Below are positions 7,235 to 14,253 of a DNA stretch of 48,100 nucleotides, one piece after another. The notes under the pieces were generated by a model. It was given only the letters and a program-made list of their open reading frames with translations, did not search any database and was not told where the DNA came from. The DNA lies in IMG/VR virus record IMGVR_UViG_3300031133_000003, positions 1-48,100 of that record. The stretch is one strand, 5' to 3'. Origin of the DNA: a virus. Each line of letters starts with the position of its first letter. The stretch's first letter is position 1. The position numbers were made by a program, and so were the translations under genes.

Positions 7235-7537
7235 TTAATAAAGCCTATGTCTACCTTTCTTCATCATATCCTGAGTGTTGTCCCAGTGGGTGGCTAGCTG
7301 TAGATGGGTAGGTTCTATGCACCTTGGGTTGTCACACAAGTGCATCACAACTTTACCCTTCATGTTTTCAGGTGGAATAAAGTTAGCCTCCATGTAGACG
7401 GAGCGGTGATAATACATTTTCTTGTGGGTTAACGGGTTGGTAATCTTTCCATAACCGAACTTGTCCCCCTTTTGCCCGTGGTCTTTACAAGGCAGGACAA
7501 GCTTTTTCTTAACCTTCTCAATGTATGATTTATCCAT
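7235..7537 (-). CDS. HNH homing-type endonuclease (HNH_3-like)
   Basis: HLCDNPRCIEPTHLQLATHWDNTQD motif. Confidence 0.8.
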   Translation of the reverse strand: MDKSYIEKVKKKLVLPCKDHGQKGDKFGYGKITNPLTHKKMYYHRSVYMEANFIPPENMKGKVVMHLCDNPRCIEPTHLQLATHWDNTQDMMKKGRHRLY

Positions 7538-7721
7538 ATGGCTTGTAGCCTAAGTCAGCATGATAATGCAAGAGGAATGTCTCATAGCTCTTAGCTGTTA
7601 GCTCGGTACGAAACACTTTCGCATCTAACACTTCACTGCTAGGGCCATACACAGCTACTACATCACCCTCTCTGCTTATCTTGTTAACACCGCGTTCAGG
7701 ATGTTTCAGTGTTCTTTCCAT
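7530..7721 (-). CDS. hypothetical protein (63 aa)
   Basis: ORF overlapping both neighbours by a few nt. Confidence 0.5.
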   Translation of the reverse strand: MERTLKHPERGVNKISREGDVVAVYGPSSEVLDAKVFRTELTAKSYETFLLHYHADLGYKPYG

Positions 7722-8070
7722 TCGCTTTCTCCAGTTGGTAGATAGCCTTACGCAACAGCTTAATCTTCATTGCGTCAGGGATGAATGTTCTATGCATGAA
7801 AGCGTCTAGCTGTGCTTTCTGTTGGTTGCTGTTGCGGTTAACAAGAAGCACATTGCCTGACACATACCCCAGTTTCGGATTAACACGCTCAAACGTGATG
7901 TCTTGAAGCGTTTCAAATTCCTTACCTGTGTATGCACACTTGCCATCGCCAATCAATTCAACCAACTCCGTGAGTTTCATTTTCTTCAGAGTGAAATCTT
8001 TATCGGCATTCTGTCCCTTGCTGCACAGCTTTGTCCAGAATGTATCTAATGGGATGTCAGTGGTTAGCAT
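7696..8070 (-). CDS. hypothetical protein (124 aa) with a degenerate HNH-like motif
   Basis: CAYTGKEF...ITFERVNPKLGYVSGNVLLVNRNSNQQK mirrors CxxCG...DHIxPxxxGGxxxxxNLxxxCxxCNxxK, but ER replaces DH and the second Cys pair is missing. Confidence 0.55.
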   Translation of the reverse strand: MLTTDIPLDTFWTKLCSKGQNADKDFTLKKMKLTELVELIGDGKCAYTGKEFETLQDITFERVNPKLGYVSGNVLLVNRNSNQQKAQLDAFMHRTFIPDAMKIKLLRKAIYQLEKANGKNTETS

Positions 8071-8303
8071 TCAAGCCTCCGTAAAGCCTCTCCTAACGCT
8101 TTCTCCACGGTGTAATGGAGCTTGTAACGTGAATCATTGAGCTGTGATTCAATACGCCCAACGGCTGTTACAGAGCGCGGAGGAGTGTCTGTCTTATATT
8201 TCTTGCCTTTCTCTTTGCCTTTCATTTGATGTGTGTTCTTCTCAGCATCAAGAGGGGCTCCCTCAGTGAAAGGCCATTTATATGTTGGTTTGCAGCGTGG
8301 CAT
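8064..8303 (-). CDS. hypothetical basic protein (79 aa from MPRCKPTYKW...)
   Basis: AAAGGAA 8 nt before the ATG at 8303. The track ORF starts at 8339. Confidence 0.5.
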   Translation of the reverse strand: MPRCKPTYKWPFTEGAPLDAEKNTHQMKGKEKGKKYKTDTPPRSVTAVGRIESQLNDSRYKLHYTVEKALGEALRRLEC

Positions 8304-8313
8304 GATAGCATTT
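8303..8313 (-). repeat. copy 3 of 11-mer AAATGCTATCA (here it forms the spacer between the SD and the start codon)
   Basis: Read directly. Confidence 0.6.
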
Positions 8314-8322
8314 CCTTTTGAA

Positions 8323-8424
8323 TTAGTTGAGCCATACACAGACTAAGTGCACAGCAATAGCGATGAGAAGCATGTATTCCCAACGATTGATGGGCATACG
8401 CAGGAAGGCTTTAATGTTTGACAT
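8323..8424 (-). CDS. micro-ORF (33 aa, MSNIKAFLRMPINRWEYMLLIAIAVHLVCVWLN), one TM helix
   Basis: Manual translation. Confidence 0.3.
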   Translation of the reverse strand: MSNIKAFLRMPINRWEYMLLIAIAVHLVCVWLN

Positions 8425-8430
8425 AACATG

Positions 8431-8535
8431 TCACCTCAACTTGTTATAGCAATAGATGCATATAACAAGTCTCTTATGAGAGATTGAACGCGGTCGATTG
8501 CAGCAGATACACAGCTTTAGGTTAAAGTTTGACAT
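8431..8535 (-). CDS. micro-ORF (34 aa, Cys-rich: MSNFNLKLCICCNRPRSISHKRLVICIYCYNKLR)
   Basis: ATG 1 nt after the TAA of ENK gene g, so the g tail GGAG serves as its SD. Confidence 0.3.
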   Translation of the reverse strand: MSNFNLKLCICCNRPRSISHKRLVICIYCYNKLR

Positions 8536-8536
8536 G

Positions 8537-8746
8537 TTATTTATTCTCCATCTGCTTGGGAATGGACTTAAACACATCATATCCATAGTATCTATTGTAC
8601 TGTGCTGGACTTAATCGAATGCATCCGTCATCGTCCAAAAGTTTTCCACGCAGGCTGACTGCGTAAACAGTTCCTTCTGTCCAGCCCTCACGTTGCATAT
8701 CTTCTGGCATAGCCACAAGTTTCCACTTAGTGTTTGACATCTTCAT
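8537..8746 (-). CDS. ENK-tail mini-protein g (about 69 aa from MKMSNTKWKL...; tail ..SIPKQMENK)
   Basis: The track ORF 8537..8803 overlaps the upstream gene. An internal ATG preceded by GAGG is the more plausible start, but the start is uncertain. Confidence 0.55.
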   Translation of the reverse strand: MKMSNTKWKLVAMPEDMQREGWTEGTVYAVSLRGKLLDDDGCIRLSPAQYNRYYGYDVFKSIPKQMENK

Positions 8747-8927
8747 CAGGCCTCGTAGTAGTGAGTACGGCAATGCAACGGTCAGCACAGGAGGCATAGG
8801 CAAAGCCTTGATAGGCTAGTGCCTCCATCTCTTCTACAGTGATGGTTGATAAGTCATACGCCAACATAATAGGGCGCATTGTTACAGCGTTGAGCATTTG
8901 ATGACGTTTACGCGTTGATGATAGCAT
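8727..8927 (-). CDS. hypothetical protein (66 aa)
   Basis: AGGAG 9 nt before the ATG. The ATG lies inside 11-mer copy 4. Confidence 0.5.
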   Translation of the reverse strand: MLSSTRKRHQMLNAVTMRPIMLAYDLSTITVEEMEALAYQGFAYASCADRCIAVLTTTRPDEDVKH

Positions 8928-8929
8928 TT
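8919..8929 (-). repeat. copy 4 of 11-mer AAATGCTATCA
   Basis: Read directly. Confidence 0.6.
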
Positions 8930-8931
8930 TG

Positions 8932-9048
8932 TTACGCTCCTGAGAATACAGTGATGATGTTACGGATTACACACCATGCGAGAATGAATGGCAAGAAGTA
9001 ACAGAGGATATTAATTGCCATCAGAGGAACAAGAAGAGTGTATTTCAT
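8932..9048 (-). CDS. micro-ORF (38 aa, MKYTLLVPLMAINILCYFLPFILAWCVIRNIITVFSGA), membrane-like
   Basis: Manual translation. ATGA overlap with the upstream micro-ORF. Confidence 0.3.
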   Translation of the reverse strand: MKYTLLVPLMAINILCYFLPFILAWCVIRNIITVFSGA

Positions 9049-9197
9049 TTAACAATCCTCTCGAATACTTTAGTTCCTTTCGGCAACCTTGCAAATCCAT
9101 GCTTAATGCGGAAGTTTTGGCGAGCCTCTTTCTCGTTGTAACCTGAGATGATTAACGGCATAACCCAAGCAGGAACATTTACATAGAACTCTTTCAT
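9045..9197 (-). CDS. micro-ORF (50 aa, MKEFYVNVPAWVMPLIISGYNEKEARQNF...)
   Basis: Manual translation. Confidence 0.35.
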   Translation of the reverse strand: MKEFYVNVPAWVMPLIISGYNEKEARQNFRIKHGFARLPKGTKVFERIVK

Positions 9198-9348
9198 TTA
9201 AACACCCCATTGATTAGTGACACGACTTAATGAAAGGCTGTGCTGTACAACCTTTGGTTAAGCTGTGTAGCTAGACGCTACGAGATGAGCAGAGAATGAT
9301 GTAGAACACATCATGATGCCCACCATGTAGATGAGCATTAGGTGTATT

Positions 9349-9567
9349 CTATATGTTAGCTAACGCAGCTCTTACGCTTGATTTAGTGTAAGGAGCCCCA
9401 TCTGGTGTCTTATCAGGAAGGGCATGCATCATCAGCTGTGCTGCATCACTCAGTGTACCAGTGGACAGCTTAGCTGCCTGTGCTTGACGATATAAACGCT
9501 CGTCATTACTAATCCACAATGACACGTTCCAATGATTCCAGTTTTTATGACCGTTGTATGTTGACAT
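9349..9567 (-). CDS. hypothetical protein (72 aa; NHWNVSLWISNDERLY motif seen in many phage proteins of unknown function)
   Basis: ORF with AAGGAAAG before the ATG. Confidence 0.6.
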   Translation of the reverse strand: MSTYNGHKNWNHWNVSLWISNDERLYRQAQAAKLSTGTLSDAAQLMMHALPDKTPDGAPYTKSSVRAALANI

Positions 9568-9589
9568 GATGGCTTTCCTTCTGTGTTCG

Positions 9590-9784
9590 TTATGAATATT
9601 TAATGTGTGCTAACAGGATAACCCTCTTGCCTGATGCTACTAACACAGCATGTTTCTGTTTGTCTGTAGCATCTTGCTTGTTGCCCCACATATTGATTAT
9701 CTTCTCTTGCTGAGCTAGCTCTTTATGCCAACGCCTTCTATTAGCGTTACGCCATCTAGCATCCCCATCAATCATTGTAGACAT
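9590..9784 (-). CDS. hypothetical basic protein (64 aa), first gene after the tandem promoters
   Basis: AAGGAGAA 5 nt before the ATG. Confidence 0.55.
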   Translation of the reverse strand: MSTMIDGDARWRNANRRRWHKELAQQEKIINMWGNKQDATDKQKHAVLVASGKRVILLAHIKYS

Positions 9785-9995
9785 TCTAGTTCTCCTTAGA
9801 GTTATTAATCAAGCACCACATACTAAGTGATGCTCTGTTAATAATTCTATTTATCGTGACTATCTTCGTACCACAAGAGGCCGTCTTTCCGTCACCCAGC
9901 TACAGTTATCGTCTCACTGTCAGACTATCTCGATGTGCTAACTATTCTAGCTAGCTGGCCTTAGCGAGGCATCGGAACCTCTGGTGTATGTCGCC

Positions 9996-10024
9996 ATACT
10001 ACTGTGTTGCTTACTGCTTGTCAA
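9996..10024 (-). promoter_or_regulatory. sigma70-type promoter TTGACA-17-TAGTAT
   Basis: Minus strand reads TTGACAAGCAGTAAGCAACACAGTAGTAT, in a 420-bp non-coding leader. Confidence 0.55.
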
Positions 10025-10098
10025 ACTATTTCTGAACATCTATTTCTTACTACTTACTTGCCAGCTCACTTAGCTTGCGTATTACGCTAAGGCGTTCG

Positions 10099-10109
10099 TG
10101 ATAGCATTT
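10099..10109 (-). promoter_or_regulatory. copy 5 of 11-mer AAATGCTATCA (TGcTATCAC, possible extended -10), lying between the two canonical promoters
   Basis: Read directly. Non-coding context. Confidence 0.3.
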
Positions 10110-10172
10110 TGCCTGCTTGAGTTTTAACGTCTTTATCTATGACTGTTTGGCTTGATGCTTGGCTTGGTATTC

Positions 10173-10201
10173 AATCTAGCAAAGACACATCCGTGTGTCA
10201 A
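10173..10201 (-). promoter_or_regulatory. sigma70-type promoter TTGACA-17-TAGATT
   Basis: Minus strand reads TTGACACACGGATGTGTCTTTGCTAGATT. Confidence 0.6.
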
Positions 10202-10208
10202 CTACTGA

Positions 10209-10526
10209 TTAATAACTTCTTATCTTATCCAGCCACGCTAAGTAAGTAGTAGGAGAACGAGTCCATCTTACCTTGCGTCTAGGTTCGTCGTAATCAAGCA
10301 TGCACAACTTACCTAACTTCTTCAGTGTATCTTGTGCATCATACATCGACACACCAGCCAGCTCTGCTATCTGTCCGCTGGTTGCATGCCTGAGCGTATT
10401 ACCCCTCCACTCAACGCATGCTATATACACCTTCTTCATTATAGGTGAGAACTCAATACTTCTAGTTCTCATCTCTATTGCATCCAAGCTTAGCAGATAC
10501 TCCGTATCTTCTGGATTATTAGTCAC
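10209..10526 (-). CDS. winged-helix/HTH DNA-binding protein (105 aa), first gene of the leftward arm
   Basis: GTG start after GGAGGTG. SGQIAELAGVSMYDAQDTLKKL looks like an HTH. Confidence 0.6.
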   Translation of the reverse strand: MTNNPEDTEYLLSLDAIEMRTRSIEFSPIMKKVYIACVEWRGNTLRHATSGQIAELAGVSMYDAQDTLKKLGKLCMLDYDEPRRKVRWTRSPTTYLAWLDKIRSY

Positions 10527-10599
10527 TACACCTCCTTCTATCAGGTCATCGCTTCAGCGTTCGCAGTATGTCCTCCGCGCAACGCTACGTACAGGACAC

Positions 10600-10627
10600 A
10601 GTATAACATAACGCAACGGAGTTGCAA
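10600..10627 (-). promoter_or_regulatory. sigma70-type promoter TTGCAA-16-TATACT with TGn extended -10
   Basis: Minus strand reads TTGCAACTCCGTTGCGTTATGTTATACT, about 70 nt upstream of the wHTH gene. Confidence 0.5.
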
Positions 10628-10992
10628 CGCAGGTAAAGACAACACCTAATACGTTGTGCACGTAGTGCGTTAATATAGATGATGTATGTGCATGTATATA
10701 AAGGAGATGATGAGAGATGGATGGTTGGAATGTACGGGAGAAGGTTAATGTACCTCCCTCCTCACAATAAACATTCCCTCTTATTTTCCCGAACAATGTC
10801 TTGCTAGGGGTACAAAGGGGTGTAGGGGGATTGTGGTATTGGTGCATAGCCCCTCCCAGAAATCTTACAAAAATTACGTATAGTCAGCCACTCAATATTT
10901 TCTAAATGAAATGTCCCATAGTCTGGGGAACACGGAGAGGGCTAAAAGGCCTTGTCCTTTCCAACGCATAGATGTTATAAGGAACAATAGAA

Positions 10993-13746
10993 ATGTCTAT
11001 TACATTGCAGACAGTGTCCTCTGGATACAACCTCTCTGCTATAAATACAAATTTTCAAAGCTTACAAACTGCATTAAATAACAACATTCTCTGGAGAGAA
11101 GGGAGCGTGGCTGGTGAAGCCATGATGAACAGAGATTTGGATATGAATGGAAATTCCATTCTTAATGTGGATGTAGATTTAAACAACCCAGGCAGCTTAC
11201 TAACTGTAGGGGTGGCAGATTCCCGCTATTACAATGTTTCTGGGGACACCCTGACAGGAACAATGAATGTTAATGGTCAAACTGTTACAGGAGTGAAAAC
11301 CCCCCTTGCATTCTCAGAAGCTGTTAATAAAGGGTATGCAGATGCAATTGGCGCTATCGCGGTAGATGCGGGAAATAAATATTCCAACTTAATCACTTTG
11401 ATTGGAACACTGCTGCAAGGGGGTTACACCCTTCTGGGAGACTATACAGCTGGACCTTATACATTCACTAGTCGCTCTCAGATAATTAGTTATAATGGTT
11501 ATTTCTATGCCCCCTCTCTTTCAGCGTCAATTCCTTTCTCTACAACAGGAACTAATTCCACTAGCTGGGAAGTAGATAAAGGAAAATTTGTAGTAGTGGG
11601 GGATGCGGCATTACGTCAAGAGCTAAATATTGGAACATCTGTTTATGTTGTTCCAGGAATGTCAGTTGACACTACAACAGATAATAGAGTGGCTGCTTAT
11701 GCCTTCCCAGGTAAAATCTTTATTCCGCTAAATACCACTATTCGTTGTAACTTCCTTCCCACTGATGATGTCCGTAAGTTTACGGGGGAGGGAAAGATTC
11801 TTTCAAGAGACCCCTGGGGGAATGAGCAGGTCTTTGATGTAGCTCTATCTATGAAAGGTCCTCAAGACACACCAAAGATGCGTGTCAACTCAGCCGCGTT
11901 CAGAAAAACAAATGTGTCTATTGGTATTATCGGGGATAGCATCACTGATGGCTTAAATACTAATGGCTATTATGAAAATCCATATGATGTCCCTACAAAC
12001 AATTTAAACAGCACTAACTATAATCATATGTTAAATGGAGGAAACAACAGCTGGTTTCGTTGGTTTATTGAAACTCTAGGTATTTCTCATTTTGGCTACG
12101 TGAATAAATTTAATAATATTAAAGGGTATAACGCGGCTCATGTTGGTGCTGGGTTTTTAGATGGCTGGGCTTATCGAAATCTCGATTATGGATTTTTTCA
12201 GAACAGCGCATATGAAAATAAAATGCCCAATGTGGTTATGATTTCTATGGGCGAGAATGATGCAATTCAGTCTTTCTCACAAGAAACATTAATTGATTTA
12301 TATGATGCGTTTATCAGGAAGTGCTGGGGATATGGTGCTACTGTAGCAGTAGTTGGTATTCCTATGGGCCATATAGGCAGGATGGAAGTAGAGCAAAGCG
12401 TTAAAGCTGCCCTGCATGATAAATATCCAAAGGTGGAGTACCTAGATGTTTCTTATGCGATTGACGACAGCCTAGATAATCTAGGTGTTGGAGGAAATGG
12501 CGGAGATGCTATTTCTTTGAGGGGTGGACAGTGGGATGTAACCCATCCAGCACAAGCTACCCATTACAGAATGGGCACCTATTGTGCCTATCTATTCTCC
12601 CCTCAAAGATTTATCCATGCAAAACCTAATACTAAGTTTTTGCCAGTTACTCATGATAAATTCATGGTTGAAACCTCAACTGGTAATATCGGCAGCCCAA
12701 TTAGTTCTACTAGCGGTCCAGAAAGCATACCAGGAACTTCTGATGCGGACACCAATAGTATGATTGCTAGGTATGTATGGTGGCCCTATTCAGCACTCAA
12801 TACCGCTGTTTACATCCGGTATATGATTTGGTGTGATGCAGACCAAGAAGTTGACTTAACTTCATTTTACATTACTCCAAGCATCTACCCTGGAGGTACT
12901 ACCAAATCCATCATCTGTAGACTCTCTCATCAGATACGTTCTGACGCGGCAACAGACCCTTCTTGCATTGCATCTATTGGTACAGAGATAGAGCCAGTCA
13001 CAGGAACTTCAGGGTATGACTACAGAAGTGTTCATATTGCTAGGTTGAAAAGGGGTTTGAATATATTTGAGGTTATTCATGCTAACGCGTCTACGTATGC
13101 AGCTCTTCCAATGTTATACTTCAGTTCAGCAGAATCTTTAGGATTTAGTCGTGTTAATTTGGCTGGAATAACTAGCTTTGTTAATGGAACTGATGTCATG
13201 GCATTGGATGGGCAATCCCTTCCAATCTATTACCCGGCTGCTTTGAGTCTAAATGGCAGGTCTTATAATGATGAAGTCCCAGATTATTATCAATGTGGTT
13301 TAGGAGAAATAACGCAATCTGCTACATTTGATTTTGTGAGTCCTCTCAGTAATTTCTCAGTTGTGATGAAGTATAAACCAACTAGAAATACTTATTTGAT
13401 TGCTGATTTTTCTGGTACACCAGGTTCATATGTATTCAGGGTTAATGTAAAAGGAATCAATGGTTCAACCACAGTAACCGCGCCTATTACAGATGCCCAA
13501 TACAATTATGTAAACACTGGTGGTAAATTTACGGTCGTAAGTAATACCTTTGCAACTTATGTAGTTTTCGAAGATATTGGAGCCACTCCATCTTACGTTA
13601 ATATCAACATAGGAGCAACAGGTGGCACTATGGCGGTTAGAAGAACAAACACTTCTCTGAGTACTACCTATCGCTGTGTTCAGGCAAGCAATCACTTTAC
13701 TGCCAGGAATAACAGTCAATCAAATTTAAATCAAACTCCAGTATAA
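10993..13746 (+). CDS. tailspike / receptor-binding protein with an SGNH (GDSL) esterase domain
   Basis: N-terminal fibre anchor motif (INTNFQSL..WREG..GE..RDLDMNGNSILN). SGNH blocks GIIGDSITDG, MGENDA and WDVTHP. Confidence 0.85.
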   Translation: MSITLQTVSSGYNLSAINTNFQSLQTALNNNILWREGSVAGEAMMNRDLDMNGNSILNVDVDLNNPGSLLTVGVADSRYYNVSGDTLTGTMNVNGQTVTGVKTPLAFSEAVNKGYADAIGAIAVDAGNKYSNLITLIGTLLQGGYTLLGDYTAGPYTFTSRSQIISYNGYFYAPSLSASIPFSTTGTNSTSWEVDKGKFVVVGDAALRQELNIGTSVYVVPGMSVDTTTDNRVAAYAFPGKIFIPLNTTIRCNFLPTDDVRKFTGEGKILSRDPWGNEQVFDVALSMKGPQDTPKMRVNSAAFRKTNVSIGIIGDSITDGLNTNGYYENPYDVPTNNLNSTNYNHMLNGGNNSWFRWFIETLGISHFGYVNKFNNIKGYNAAHVGAGFLDGWAYRNLDYGFFQNSAYENKMPNVVMISMGENDAIQSFSQETLIDLYDAFIRKCWGYGATVAVVGIPMGHIGRMEVEQSVKAALHDKYPKVEYLDVSYAIDDSLDNLGVGGNGGDAISLRGGQWDVTHPAQATHYRMGTYCAYLFSPQRFIHAKPNTKFLPVTHDKFMVETSTGNIGSPISSTSGPESIPGTSDADTNSMIARYVWWPYSALNTAVYIRYMIWCDADQEVDLTSFYITPSIYPGGTTKSIICRLSHQIRSDAATDPSCIASIGTEIEPVTGTSGYDYRSVHIARLKRGLNIFEVIHANASTYAALPMLYFSSAESLGFSRVNLAGITSFVNGTDVMALDGQSLPIYYPAALSLNGRSYNDEVPDYYQCGLGEITQSATFDFVSPLSNFSVVMKYKPTRNTYLIADFSGTPGSYVFRVNVKGINGSTTVTAPITDAQYNYVNTGGKFTVVSNTFATYVVFEDIGATPSYVNINIGATGGTMAVRRTNTSLSTTYRCVQASNHFTARNNSQSNLNQTPV

Positions 13747-13755
13747 AGGTTTAAA

Positions 13756-14253
13756 ATGTTAATAGACAAGTCTTTGTTGAAATCAACTAATGGTATTCCT
13801 CTAACACAGAGTTTATTTTTAGAGATTGGATACACAGACTATGCCGTTTACACCCTCAAGGATGAGGACTATGAATACAAGGGGAAGGTTTTTCCTTCCC
13901 TTAAACGATTGTATTTAGATATGGAGGATGTAGGTGAATATTTATTCGCCACAGAGCATCTTTTGGGATGGGACCAATGGCGTAGATTGTGTGAAAATAA
14001 ACAAGTGGCAGAGCACATTGAGAAATGGCGTTATGAGCTTGAGTTGAAGCTGCGTTCAAAAGCAATTATGGAAATACAAAAAAGGTCTAATCTGGAGAAA
14101 GGTATCAGCGCCTCCCGCTGGTTAGCCGAGAAGGGCTGGGATAAAAGGCAAGCAGGTCGTCCTAGCAAGGCTGAGGTTGAACGAGAAACTAAGATGCAAG
14201 CTGACCTCCAGGGTTTCTATAGCGACGATTTAAAACGTATTGAGGGCTTATAA
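13756..14253 (+). CDS. putative terminase small subunit
   Basis: Position immediately upstream of, and overlapping (TAATG), the large terminase gene. Charged helical C-terminal half. Confidence 0.5.
   Translation: MLIDKSLLKSTNGIPLTQSLFLEIGYTDYAVYTLKDEDYEYKGKVFPSLKRLYLDMEDVGEYLFATEHLLGWDQWRRLCENKQVAEHIEKWRYELELKLRSKAIMEIQKRSNLEKGISASRWLAEKGWDKRQAGRPSKAEVERETKMQADLQGFYSDDLKRIEGL

Noticed and set aside
10806-10835. Possible G-quadruplex (GGGG-N6-GGGG-N4-GGGGG...)
   Set aside because: Only three runs of three or more G are present. The fourth tract would be GG, so a canonical intramolecular G4 is not supported.
10554-10847. 97-aa minus-strand ORF in the divergent control region
   Set aside because: It has no SD and a low-complexity His/Thr/Pro-rich translation. 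It overlaps a predicted promoter and lies between the two arms where regulatory DNA is expected.
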